64,000 nt of DNA from Gemmatimonadota bacterium (lineage in GTDB: Bacteria; JBHIER01; G020348925): assembly GCA_020348925.1 (NCBI GenBank), contig CP070758.1:2619688-2683687 (forward strand), written 5' to 3'. The notes below the pieces were generated by a model. The model saw only the letters and a program-made list of their open reading frames with translations, was not told the origin of the DNA and ran no database searches. The translations under genes were made by a program, and so were the position numbers. Of this stretch, positions 41,962-51,598 are shown in pieces (the first letter of the stretch is position 1; each line of letters opens with the position of its first letter).

Positions 41962-44841
41962 ATGTGTAAAAAAATAACCGTTTCCTTGATTGCACTCCTT
42001 TTTCTTATCGTCGGGTTGAGCCAGGTTGGAGTAGCCCGCCGGCTCCCTGTTGTTCAGCACAAACTGCCCATGCTGAAGCAGGTGCCGCAGCGGTCAATTG
42101 TGACGGCCGAGGTGGATACTTTGTTGGGTCCTGTGTTTTTTGAGGACGGTTTGCCCGAGGGCTGGGAGTTCATCGACGGGAAATGTGAGCCTCACTGGCA
42201 TGTTACGGATCACGGGGCGTATGACACGCACTCTTACTGGTGCGGTGTTCACAGCGCTGTCTACAGCGGATACTACAGCTACTGGACCGACTGGCTCGAT
42301 TCTCCGGAGATCACCATTCCCGGCGGAACCGGCAGCATGATCCTGACGATCCTGCACAAGGTGGATACGGAGGATGTCACGGCGCAGTATTGGGATGGAT
42401 CGGCGGTGTTTGTCCGAACGGACGGCGGTCAGTGGACGGTGGTGCGCCCCACGGAGAATGTCCATCCGGATAGCACCTTTGCGGATTACACCAGGGTTGA
42501 CAGTCTGCGGGCCTGGGAATGCTCTGAGATGGCCAATACCGTTTACGAAAGAATGGAGGGGCGGCCCGGCTGGGCAGGGATGTTGGACAACTGGTTCACC
42601 TCCACCTTTGATTTGAGCAGTTTCGCCGGGGAATCCACTATTCAGCTCCGGTATGCCTTCGTCTCCGATTGGGGAGCCGACTCCTTCGACGAACCGGATC
42701 ATTACGGCGGTTGCTGGGTGGAGAGCTTTGAGCTGACGGCCGATGGGAGCGTGATCTTTTTCGACGATGCGGAGGATCCGCAGATGACGGCCAGTGCGCC
42801 GTGTCCCGGTCACAACATCGATCTGACCGGAGACAATCTGCCGATCATGCAGAAGTATCCGGGCTGGCCGGATGCCGAGCAGACGGACTGGCCTCCCGTG
42901 ATTACCGAACCCTATCCACCGACCGGCTGGACGCCTGGCGCGCAATCTGTGAGGTGTGCCGACGTGCCGTATCTCCAGTCCATTATTGTGTCGCCGTGGT
43001 TTGATCTGCCGGTTGATGGCTATCCCCGGCTGTCCTGGTTCGTGTTGATGGAGATGCCCGGGGCGGACTGGGATAATGACAGTGACGTGGATGACTACTG
43101 GCATGTGGAATACGAATCAAGTGACGAGCTGGGGTTGTGGCACGAGTTCTTTTATGCCTCCAGTAGCGGTGATAACGATACTACGTACGAGTACTGGTGG
43201 TGGGATCGGCAGACGCAGCTCAAGATCCACGATCTCAACGGGCAGTCCGTCAGAATCAGGTGGCGGATCAATACCGATGGGTATGAGGATGTCCATCCTA
43301 CTGCGGATCCGGAAGGGTGTACCTGGGATCCGTGCATCGGGCGGGGATTCTTCCTCGATGAGTTCACCGTTGTCTGGTTGGGAACTCCGGCCCTCGATCT
43401 GGCCATTTCCGAGATCGAAATTCCCTGGGTCGTCTCGGTGGAATATCCGTCAACTGTGACCATAGAGCTGGCGAACATCGGGGAGACGGACATTCCCAGT
43501 GCCGTCACCTTCTTCTTTCTCATCGATCCTGAGACGCTCGAGCCCATCCCCGGCTGGGAGGCGGGCGTGCCCATGGGACCTCCCTATCCTTACGTACCGG
43601 CTCTGGATACTTTCTGGTTTGAATACGAGTGGATTCCGGAGGAGGTCGATACCGTTCGGTTCAGGGCGCAGTATTTGATGGTCGATGAGATCGCTGAGGA
43701 TAACGAACTGTTCTCCAACAGCGTCGCTATTTATCCCAAGTTTCACGGACAGCTTGGAAACAGAAAAAGAGTGGTTTCGGGGGGCTCCGGCGGTTCCATT
43801 CAGGCGGGCACCGGGCCGGCGATTCGGTTCACCGTTCCTGAGGATTTTCAGGACGGTGTGTGCATCGATGCCATACGACCTGACTATATGGGCACCCTCT
43901 CACCCTTCGAAGTGTACGTCAAAGGGCCCGGGCCCAATGATACAACCTGGGGTGATGATCTCATCGAGCCCTTCACTATCCTGGATCCCGACACGCTGGG
44001 CACACGTATCTACGTGGATTTGACGGAGCGTCCGGATTACGAGAACCTGTGTGGGATCACGGGCGATTTCTGGATCCACATTCGGCAGACGCCGGAGTCG
44101 AACTTCTCCTTCGTGCAGAGACCGGCGGACAAAGGTGACTGCGTGGAAGATCACGACGGTCGGGACTGGTTTCATGCGGCCGGTGGTGAAATGGTGAGGA
44201 AAACCGATTGTTACGATGTCCTCGTGCGGATCAACTGGGCACCTCCGGGTTGCATTGGGATCAGGGGTGATGCCAACGGCGACAATAGTACTGACGTGCT
44301 CGACGTGCTGGCTGTGGTCAATCACATCCTGGGTATCACTCCTCTGACAGGTGATGCCTTGTGCCGCGGTGACTGCAACGGCGATGGTGGCATCGATGTC
44401 CTCGATGCCTTGGGCATCGTCAATTCCATTTTAGGCACGGGCGGTTGTATACCCGGAGCCTGCCGGACGGTCCTGACGCCCGAGGCCATGGAGTTGCTGG
44501 AGTCGCTGCGTTCCTACCTGTCGGCCGAGGACTACGGCCGGTTCATGGCCCTGGTCAAGGGTGAGGTGGGTATGCCAGTGGAATACAGTCTGGCGCAGAA
44601 CTACCCGAATCCCTTCAATCCGACCACGAACATCGAGTATTCGGTGGCCGGTAATGCGCGCACGACGCTGAGAGTGTACAACGTGCTGGGTCAGGAGCTC
44701 GTGACCTTGGTGGATGAGGTGAAGGAGCCCGGCCATTACAGTGTGGATTGGGATGCGAGCGAGATGGCCAGTGGCGTCTACTTCTATCGGTTGGAAGCGG
44801 GTGATTTCAGTGCGACGAAGCGGATGGTGTTGATGAAGTAG
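41962..44841 (+). CDS. Secreted acidic multidomain protein (jelly-roll/MAM-like, CARDB-like) with dockerin, linker and CTD
   Basis: Signal peptide; WDG..V....GG.W, FDLS.FAG..LRYAFVSD, DLAIS....ANIGE; GDANGDNSTDVLD/GDCNGDGGIDVLD. Confidence 0.85.
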   Translation: MCKKITVSLIALLFLIVGLSQVGVARRLPVVQHKLPMLKQVPQRSIVTAEVDTLLGPVFFEDGLPEGWEFIDGKCEPHWHVTDHGAYDTHSYWCGVHSAVYSGYYSYWTDWLDSPEITIPGGTGSMILTILHKVDTEDVTAQYWDGSAVFVRTDGGQWTVVRPTENVHPDSTFADYTRVDSLRAWECSEMANTVYERMEGRPGWAGMLDNWFTSTFDLSSFAGESTIQLRYAFVSDWGADSFDEPDHYGGCWVESFELTADGSVIFFDDAEDPQMTASAPCPGHNIDLTGDNLPIMQKYPGWPDAEQTDWPPVITEPYPPTGWTPGAQSVRCADVPYLQSIIVSPWFDLPVDGYPRLSWFVLMEMPGADWDNDSDVDDYWHVEYESSDELGLWHEFFYASSSGDNDTTYEYWWWDRQTQLKIHDLNGQSVRIRWRINTDGYEDVHPTADPEGCTWDPCIGRGFFLDEFTVVWLGTPALDLAISEIEIPWVVSVEYPSTVTIELANIGETDIPSAVTFFFLIDPETLEPIPGWEAGVPMGPPYPYVPALDTFWFEYEWIPEEVDTVRFRAQYLMVDEIAEDNELFSNSVAIYPKFHGQLGNRKRVVSGGSGGSIQAGTGPAIRFTVPEDFQDGVCIDAIRPDYMGTLSPFEVYVKGPGPNDTTWGDDLIEPFTILDPDTLGTRIYVDLTERPDYENLCGITGDFWIHIRQTPESNFSFVQRPADKGDCVEDHDGRDWFHAAGGEMVRKTDCYDVLVRINWAPPGCIGIRGDANGDNSTDVLDVLAVVNHILGITPLTGDALCRGDCNGDGGIDVLDALGIVNSILGTGGCIPGACRTVLTPEAMELLESLRSYLSAEDYGRFMALVKGEVGMPVEYSLAQNYPNPFNPTTNIEYSVAGNARTTLRVYNVLGQELVTLVDEVKEPGHYSVDWDASEMASGVYFYRLEAGDFSATKRMVLMK

Positions 44842-44869
44842 TCTTTGCACCTCCACGGAATATTTTCTC

Positions 44870-44913
44870 AGAACCGCTGGGTCTCTGATGATGAGACCCA
44901 GCGGTTCTTTTTT
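44870..44913 (+). terminator. Rho-independent terminator
   Basis: Perfect 16-bp stem AGAACCGCTGGGTCTC/GAGACCCAGCGGTTCT plus T-run. Confidence 0.92.
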
Positions 44914-45186
44914 ATGATTTGAAAAAAACTTCGAACGATTCTCGAAGTCAATCCGCTTCGAGTTCGGCTCGAAAGAAATAGCAACAGGTATGAGAACAGG
45001 AACATGCTTGCGATATGTTCTTGCTCCGACGAGCGATTCATGAATGAAATCTGAACGTTTTTAGGATAATGAGATTGATTCCTGTGATGGGTTATACGAA
45101 AAGGAAATGGAAATGCTGCAACGGCATGCGTTCTGGGAGGGAGCACTCTAAAGATGGGAACCATAATCGATGCAGTAAAAAAAAGG

Positions 45187-45214
45187 TTGACAAAGGAAAC
45201 TTTTTTTATAATAT
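45187..45214 (+). promoter_or_regulatory. Putative sigma70 promoter
   Basis: TTGACA-16-TAATAT within TATAATAT. Confidence 0.5.
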
Positions 45215-45567
45215 TATTGACCCCAAGTGACTCGGAGAATGTCATTTCTTTACGGTAATTTGGGTTCATGGGGAGGGTACTCAAATCTTTCGAATCGATG
45301 CTATGAAGGAGCAGCACTGGCACTGATGCAAATTCAACCCACTTTTATTAAATTAAGACGCATATTATATGTTTGAAAGGAGGTGATGATGAGGTAAGGT
45401 TCATTGTGTCTGAACGGCTCTTCGAGGGAGAGCTTTATGTCTGTTACTCATCGGTCAGAAGGAGGTGATGCGTTTCGGTTGATGTTGCATGAATTCATTA
45501 TTCGGGGGATTTTGAACTTAGATTTTCAGGGAACAGTAGTACAAATATTTCTTTTGGGGGAAGCAAA

Positions 45568-48255
45568 ATGCATAGAAAAATCATTGTTTTTATAGTACTT
45601 TCTCTTTTTATCATAGCCGGACTGAGTCAGGTCAGCTTCGCCCGTCGTCTTCCGGTTGTGAAACATACTCAGAACGTGAGCAAAGAGGTTCCTCAAGTGC
45701 CCTTTGTCACGGCGGAAGTGGAGACACTCTACGGTACCGTCTATTTTGAGGACGGTTTACCTGATGGTTGGGAGTTCGTCGACGGCAAGTGCGGATATCA
45801 CTGGCATGTCACGGACTTCGGTGCCTACGACAACCATTCCTACTGGTGCGGTGTGCACAGTGACACCTACAGCGGGTATTACAGCTACTGGTCCGACTGG
45901 CTGGATACCCGGGATCCGATTGCGATTCCCGGTGGTACCGGCAGCCTGAATCTGACGATTCTCCACAAGGTGTATACCGAGGACCCCACGGCTATGTATT
46001 GGGACGGTTCCGCAGTCTTTGTGCGAGTGGACGGTGGTCAGTGGGAGGTGGTACGGCCCACGAACAACACCGGTCATCCGGACGGTGATTTTACGGACTA
46101 CACGCGGCTGGACAGCCTCCGGGCCTGGGAATGCGTCGATATGGCCAACACCGTCTACGAGAGATTGGAAGGATTACCCGGTTGGGCCGGATTGGAGGAT
46201 AACTGGTTCACCTCCACCTTTGACCTGAGTGCTTACGCCGGCGCTTCCGAGATAGAACTTCGGTACGCCTTCGTCAGTGACTGGGGTTCGGACTCCTTCG
46301 ACGAGCCGGATCATTACGGTGGAAACTGGGTGGAGAGTATCGAATTGGTGGCCGATGGCAGCGTCATCTTCTTCACCGATGCCGAGGAAGACCCGCCGCT
46401 GATGGTGGCCAATGCACCGTGTCCGGGACACGAGATGAGCCTGGCCAATGGTGATGTGGCATTGAATCAGAAGTATCCGGGTTGGCCTGACGCGGAACAG
46501 ATGGATTGGCCCCCGGTCATCACCGAGCCCTACCCGCCTTCCGGTTGGACGCCCGGGGCGCAGTCTGTGCGATGCGCGGATGAGATGTATCTCAACTCCC
46601 AGGTTGTGACGGACTGGATCACTCTTCCGCCTGAGGGATATCCGCGGGTATCCTTTATGATCCTGGCGGATATGCCCGGTGGCGACTGGGAGAACGACGG
46701 TGACGTCGATGATTACTTCCACTTTTCATACGAGACCTCCGCTGAGCTTGGTGTCTGGCATGAAATCTTTTACAGCCAGGGCGGCGGTGGCGGCGACAAC
46801 GATTCCACCTGGGAGTACTGGTGGTGGGATCGGGATACCGGGTTGAAGATCCACGATCACAATGGGAATGATATCAGGTTCCGTTGGCGTCTCAATACCG
46901 ATGGGTATCAAATACCAGGTCCTGACCTGAGTGATCAGGAAGCTTGTCTGAGGGATCCTTGCATCGGTCAGGGGTGGTTCATGGATGAGTTCACTGTGGT
47001 CTGGCTGGGCACACCGGCCCTCGATTTGGAAGTGTCCTATATCGATATTCCCTGGGTTGTCGCGGTCAATCATACGTCACCGGTGACGGTGACCCTGTCG
47101 AACATCGGGGAGACGGATATTCCCAGCGCCGTCACTTTCATGTTCCTTCTGGATCCTGAGACCCTGGAACCTGTCCCCGGATTTGAGGCGGGCGTGCCCA
47201 TGGGACCTCCCTATCCCTTTGTCCCGGCACTGGATACGTTCTATTTTGAGTACGATTGGACGCCTGAAGAGATCGACACGGTTCGCTTCAGAGTGCAGTA
47301 CCTGATGGTGGACGAGATCATGGAAGACAACCAGCTCTTCAGCAGTGCCGTGGCCATTTACCCGCAATACCACGGGCAGCTGGGCAATACGATTCGCCAG
47401 ACCTCAGGCGGGTCGGGTGGTTCCATTCAGGGGGACGTCGGTCCTGCGATTCGGTTTACGGTTCCCGAAGAGTTCGAGCCCGATGGTGTGTGCATCGACG
47501 CCATACGGCCCGACTACATGGGGAATTTTGATACGCCCATTTGGGTCTATGTGAAGGATGCCGGACCTGATGATACCACCTGGGGCGCCGACCTGATCGA
47601 TCCCTTCTATATCGAACACCCCGACACACTTGGCACCAGAATCTACGTCGATCTGACCCAGCGTCCTGATTACGACAACCTGTGCGGAAGAACCGGTGAT
47701 TTCTGGGTCCACTTCAGGATGACGGACGAGACGAACTTCTCCTTTGTCACCAGGGGTGCGGACGAGGACAACTGCGTCGAGGATCATGAAGGGCGGGATT
47801 GGCTGTACTATCTCGGTACCATGGATCGTCAGACCGACTGTTGGGACGTTTTGGTGCGGATCAACTGGGCGCCTCCAGGTTGTATTGGGCTCAGGGGCGA
47901 TGCCAACGGCGACGGTAGTATCGACGTCCTCGACGTGCTGGCTGTGGTCAACCACATCCTGGGTATCACTCCTCTGACAGGTGATGCCGAGTGCCGCGGT
48001 GATTGCAACGGTGATGGTGGCATCGACGTCCTCGATGCGCTTGGCATCGTCAATTCCATTTTAGGCACGGGCGGTTGTATACCCGGAGCCTGCCGGACGG
48101 TCCTGACGCCCGAAGCCATGGAGGTAATGGAGTCGCTGCGGTCGTACCTGTCGGCCGAGGACTACGGCCGGTTCATGGCCCTGGTCAAGGGTGAGGTGGG
48201 TATGCCAGTGGAATACAGTCTGGCGCAGAACTACCCGAATCCCTTCAATCCGACC
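45568..48255 (+). CDS. Tandem paralog of the 41962 protein with dockerin; CTD truncated by gap
   Basis: Colinear similarity over the whole length; GDANGDGSIDVLD/GDCNGDGGIDVLD. Confidence 0.88.
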
Positions 48256-48355
48256 NNNNNNNNNNNNNNNNNNNNNNNNNNNNNNNNNNNNNNNNNNNNN
48301 NNNNNNNNNNNNNNNNNNNNNNNNNNNNNNNNNNNNNNNNNNNNNNNNNNNNNNN

Positions 48356-49112
48356 AAATCACTTGCCCGCTATCAAGGATGTGAGCGCTGCAGTCAAACT
48401 TGGTGATGTCAATGGTGACGGTGTCCTTGATGTCGTTATCGCCAATTATGGGGAACAGAGCGTTCTGTTCGTGGGGAACTCCGAACCAAAAGGAGGTCCT
48501 GTTGAACCGGAGGTGTTGCGCGGTGATGCGGACGGTGATGGCGAGATCGATGTGACGGATGTGCTGGTACTTGTGAACCACATTTTGGGTCACGTTCTTT
48601 TGGACGAGGAGACGATGGACCGTGCCGACTGCAATGATGACGGGCAGGTTGATATCTTGGACGCTATCGGTATTGTGAACGTCATCCTGGGGATGGGTGA
48701 GTGCAACCCAGGCGGTTCTAAGGCAGAAATCACGCCTGAGGTATTGAGGTTTTTTACATCTCTCGGAGACTTTCTTCCTGCCGAAGATGTCGACCGGTTC
48801 ATGGCGATTGTCAGCAGAAATGGTACCATTCCGATATGCTGCAGTCTCTCCCAAAACTACCCCAATCCTTTCAATCCCGAGACGCGGATCGATTTTCAAA
48901 TTCCCACTGCGGAAATGGTCAACGTGTCGATTTTCAATACGTTGGGACAGAGCGTGCGAACCTTGACACACAGTGCGCATGAGGCCGGAATGTATACGCT
49001 CCAATGGGACGGCTGTAACGATTGCGGTCGGAGACTTCCGAGCGGTGTGTATCTGTATCAATTGAAGGCGGGACATTACACAATTACGAAAAAAATGATG
49101 TTGATGAAATGA
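48356..49112 (+). CDS. 3' fragment: FG-GAP-like repeat + dockerin + linker + CTD
   Basis: LGDVNGDGVLDVVIAN; GDADGDGEIDVTD/ADCNDDGQVDILD; ITPE..EDVDRFMAIV; CTD. Confidence 0.85.
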
Positions 49113-49348
49113 TATCCAAATGGAAAACGTTCCTTCATGATCCCTTGATCCGTTCCACTCATCCCTTTCAAAAGTACAACATCTCAAATCCTCGCCGGAA
49201 GACCGTACCTCTCTCAAAACCACCGCTTTACTCGGCAATCTGGCAAGATATTGAAAAACAGAAATTAAAACTTGACTCAAGAAGGACCTTGTGCTATTTT
49301 TCGAAAACGAAGCCGTTCTCTGTTCTGTATATGTGGAAAAGGATCGAC

Positions 49349-50026
49349 ATGGAAATAAAAGACATACTTAAGAAAAGCCCTTTATTTTCTGAGCTCAATG
49401 CAGGTGACCTCGATGCCGTGGCCGGCATCTCCGCCAAAAAAAGATATGCAAAAGGAGAGGCGATTTTCAATGAGGGTGAACCTGCCGACAGACTTTTTAT
49501 TCTCAACTCAGGGCGCATAGAAGTGTTTAAGCTGTCAACGGAAGGCAAAAGGCAAATTCTGCGCATCGTCCTTCCGGGTGAGGTTTTTGCAGAGGCGGCC
49601 ATGTTCTCAGGGGAGACCTATCCGGCATATGCTGATGCTGCCACAGACACCGAGCTCCTGTGTATTGCTCAGAAGGAATTTTTATATCTGTTGGAAAAGA
49701 AGCCTGAGCTCAGTTTGCGAATGCTGGGGGCACTTTCGAAATTATTGAGAGGATTTACGGGCATGATCGAGGATCTCTGTCTCAGGGACGTCCCATCGCG
49801 CCTGGCAAAATTCCTTCTTGATCGCTCGGTAAAGGAGGACAGAGATTTTTTTCATTTGGACATGAAAATGGGCGACTTGGCTCAAAAGATATGTACAGTG
49901 AGTGAAACGCTGTCGCGGACCCTGCGGAAGATGAGAGTGAAAGGGGTTATTGACGTAAGAGGTAAGACCATTACGATTCTCGATAAGGAGACCCTCCAAA
50001 AAATTGCCTCGGGAATGAAGATCTAA
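49349..50026 (+). CDS. Crp/Fnr family regulator (HcpR-like)
   Basis: PLFSEL, IFNEGEPA, PGEVFAEAAMF, YPA, RLAKFL, ETLSR recognition helix; no FNR Cys motif. Confidence 0.9.
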   Translation: MEIKDILKKSPLFSELNAGDLDAVAGISAKKRYAKGEAIFNEGEPADRLFILNSGRIEVFKLSTEGKRQILRIVLPGEVFAEAAMFSGETYPAYADAATDTELLCIAQKEFLYLLEKKPELSLRMLGALSKLLRGFTGMIEDLCLRDVPSRLAKFLLDRSVKEDRDFFHLDMKMGDLAQKICTVSETLSRTLRKMRVKGVIDVRGKTITILDKETLQKIASGMKI

Positions 50027-50103
50027 TGCCTCTCTCAAAATAGAACGCTGAGTTCACCCTCATGTGACCTCCATCAATTTTGAAATCCAAATAATCTGCT
50101 TTT

Positions 50104-50117
50104 TTGACGAAAGTCAA
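50104..50117. promoter_or_regulatory. Crp/Fnr (HcpR-type) binding box
   Basis: TTGAC-GAAA-GTCAA in context TTTTTGAC-N4-GTCAAAGA, same flanks as the 56271 box. Confidence 0.75.
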
Positions 50118-50278
50118 AGACTTTTCTCTCATTACGTGACATCTTTATTCAAATAAAAGGGTTGTATGGTCCGCGTTATGTTAGATGCGGAGAAGTGCAG
50201 CTTTTGGATGAAGAGTCAGCGATTTATGATAGAAATCGATGGAGAGGAGCAATACAGAACTCAAGGAGAAATTGTACC

Positions 50279-51571
50279 ATGAGAGATTTGTCTAAGATGT
50301 TATTATTTTTTTTCATAATGATCCCCGCGATATCCCCGGCTCAGTACGTTGTGAAGGAGTTCAGCGCACCGGGTCCTGAGGCGAGAGGTCTGGCTTGGGA
50401 TGGAAATTACCTGTGGTGTGTTGATGCCGATAAAGATGCCATTTTTAGGATCGATCCGGCTTCGGGAGATATCGTACATTCCATTCCTTTTGATACTCCT
50501 GACACTTACGGAGGGGGAATCACCTGGAGCGGTGATGGCGCTTTGTGGGTGAGCCGGTTGCAGTATTTTTATAAGTTGGATACCACGACAGGCCGGGAGC
50601 TCGCCGAATTTCATTGTCCTGGTGGGTGACAGGCGCGTCCTACGGGCGTGACCCGTATTGGAAATAACCTCTGGTATTTCGATGAAAGTTATTGGTGGAT
50701 CGGTCAGACGACGACGAGTGGCGGCCTCGGGGCAACGTTCTATCCCAGTGACAATACGATCAAGGATTTGGCCTGGGACGGCACGAATATCTGGGCGATC
50801 AATCCCTCAGGCATACTCACGGGATACAGTCCCACCGGTTCGCTCACCGGAGCAATTCCGGGCCTCCTTACTGGTGGCTGGGGACTGACGTGTGACGGAA
50901 CATTCCTGTGGGCTTCCGATCCGGAGTCCGATAAAATATACCAGATATCCCTGCAGGGTGAATTACCAAAAGGCGATGTGAACAGCGACGGGAGCGTCGA
51001 TCTTCTGGATTTGGTGGATATCGTCAATCACATTTTGGGTCTTCGTGCTCTGGAGGATGGATCCTTTCGGCGGGCCGATTGTAATGAGGACGGTGGGATT
51101 GATGTTATCGATGCTCTGGGTCTGGTGAACGTGATTCTTGAGGTTGGTGGTTGTGAGTCAGTATCTCCTAAAATCGCTCTTTCCGACCAGGAGATGGAAA
51201 TTCTGGAATCCTTGAAACCTTATGTCTCACCTTCTGGATATAAAAAATTCATGACGCTCGTGGAGCATAACGTGGAAATTCCCTCTGAATATAGACTCTC
51301 TCAGAATTATCCCAATCCCTTCAATCCCAGAACGGATATTCGATATGAGATACCGGGTGGGAGATCATCCATCCACACTGTTCTGAAGGTATATAACGTA
51401 CTTGGCCAGGAAGTGCGGACGCTCGTGAATGAAATCAAGGAGCCAGGCTATTATCAAGTGACCTGGGACGGTCGGGATGATTCCGGTTTTGAAGTGTCGA
51501 GCGGTGTATATTTCTACCAGATACGGACGGAAAACTTCCTCGATACAAAACGCATGGTTTTTCAAAAGTGA
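50279..51571 (+). CDS. Putative secreted selenoprotein: five-blade beta-propeller (glutaminyl-cyclase-like repeats) + dockerin + linker + CTD; in-frame TGA 50627-50629
   Basis: ORFs 50162-50629 and 50648-51571 are in the same frame separated by a single TGA (FHCPGG*QARPTG); blade repeats on both sides; hairpin downstream. Confidence 0.75.
50638..50662 (+). promoter_or_regulatory. Candidate bacterial SECIS element
   Basis: TCC-TACGGG-[CGTGA]-CCCGTA-TT-GGA; loop starts after 17 nt following the TGA. Confidence 0.6.
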
Positions 51572-51598
51572 TTCCCTCGCAGGTGAGAGGAGGTTAAA

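Noticed and set aside
41149-48255. Diversity-generating retroelement template/variable repeats
   Set aside because: No reverse transcriptase; the repeats are coding 3' cassettes and differences are not adenine-specific
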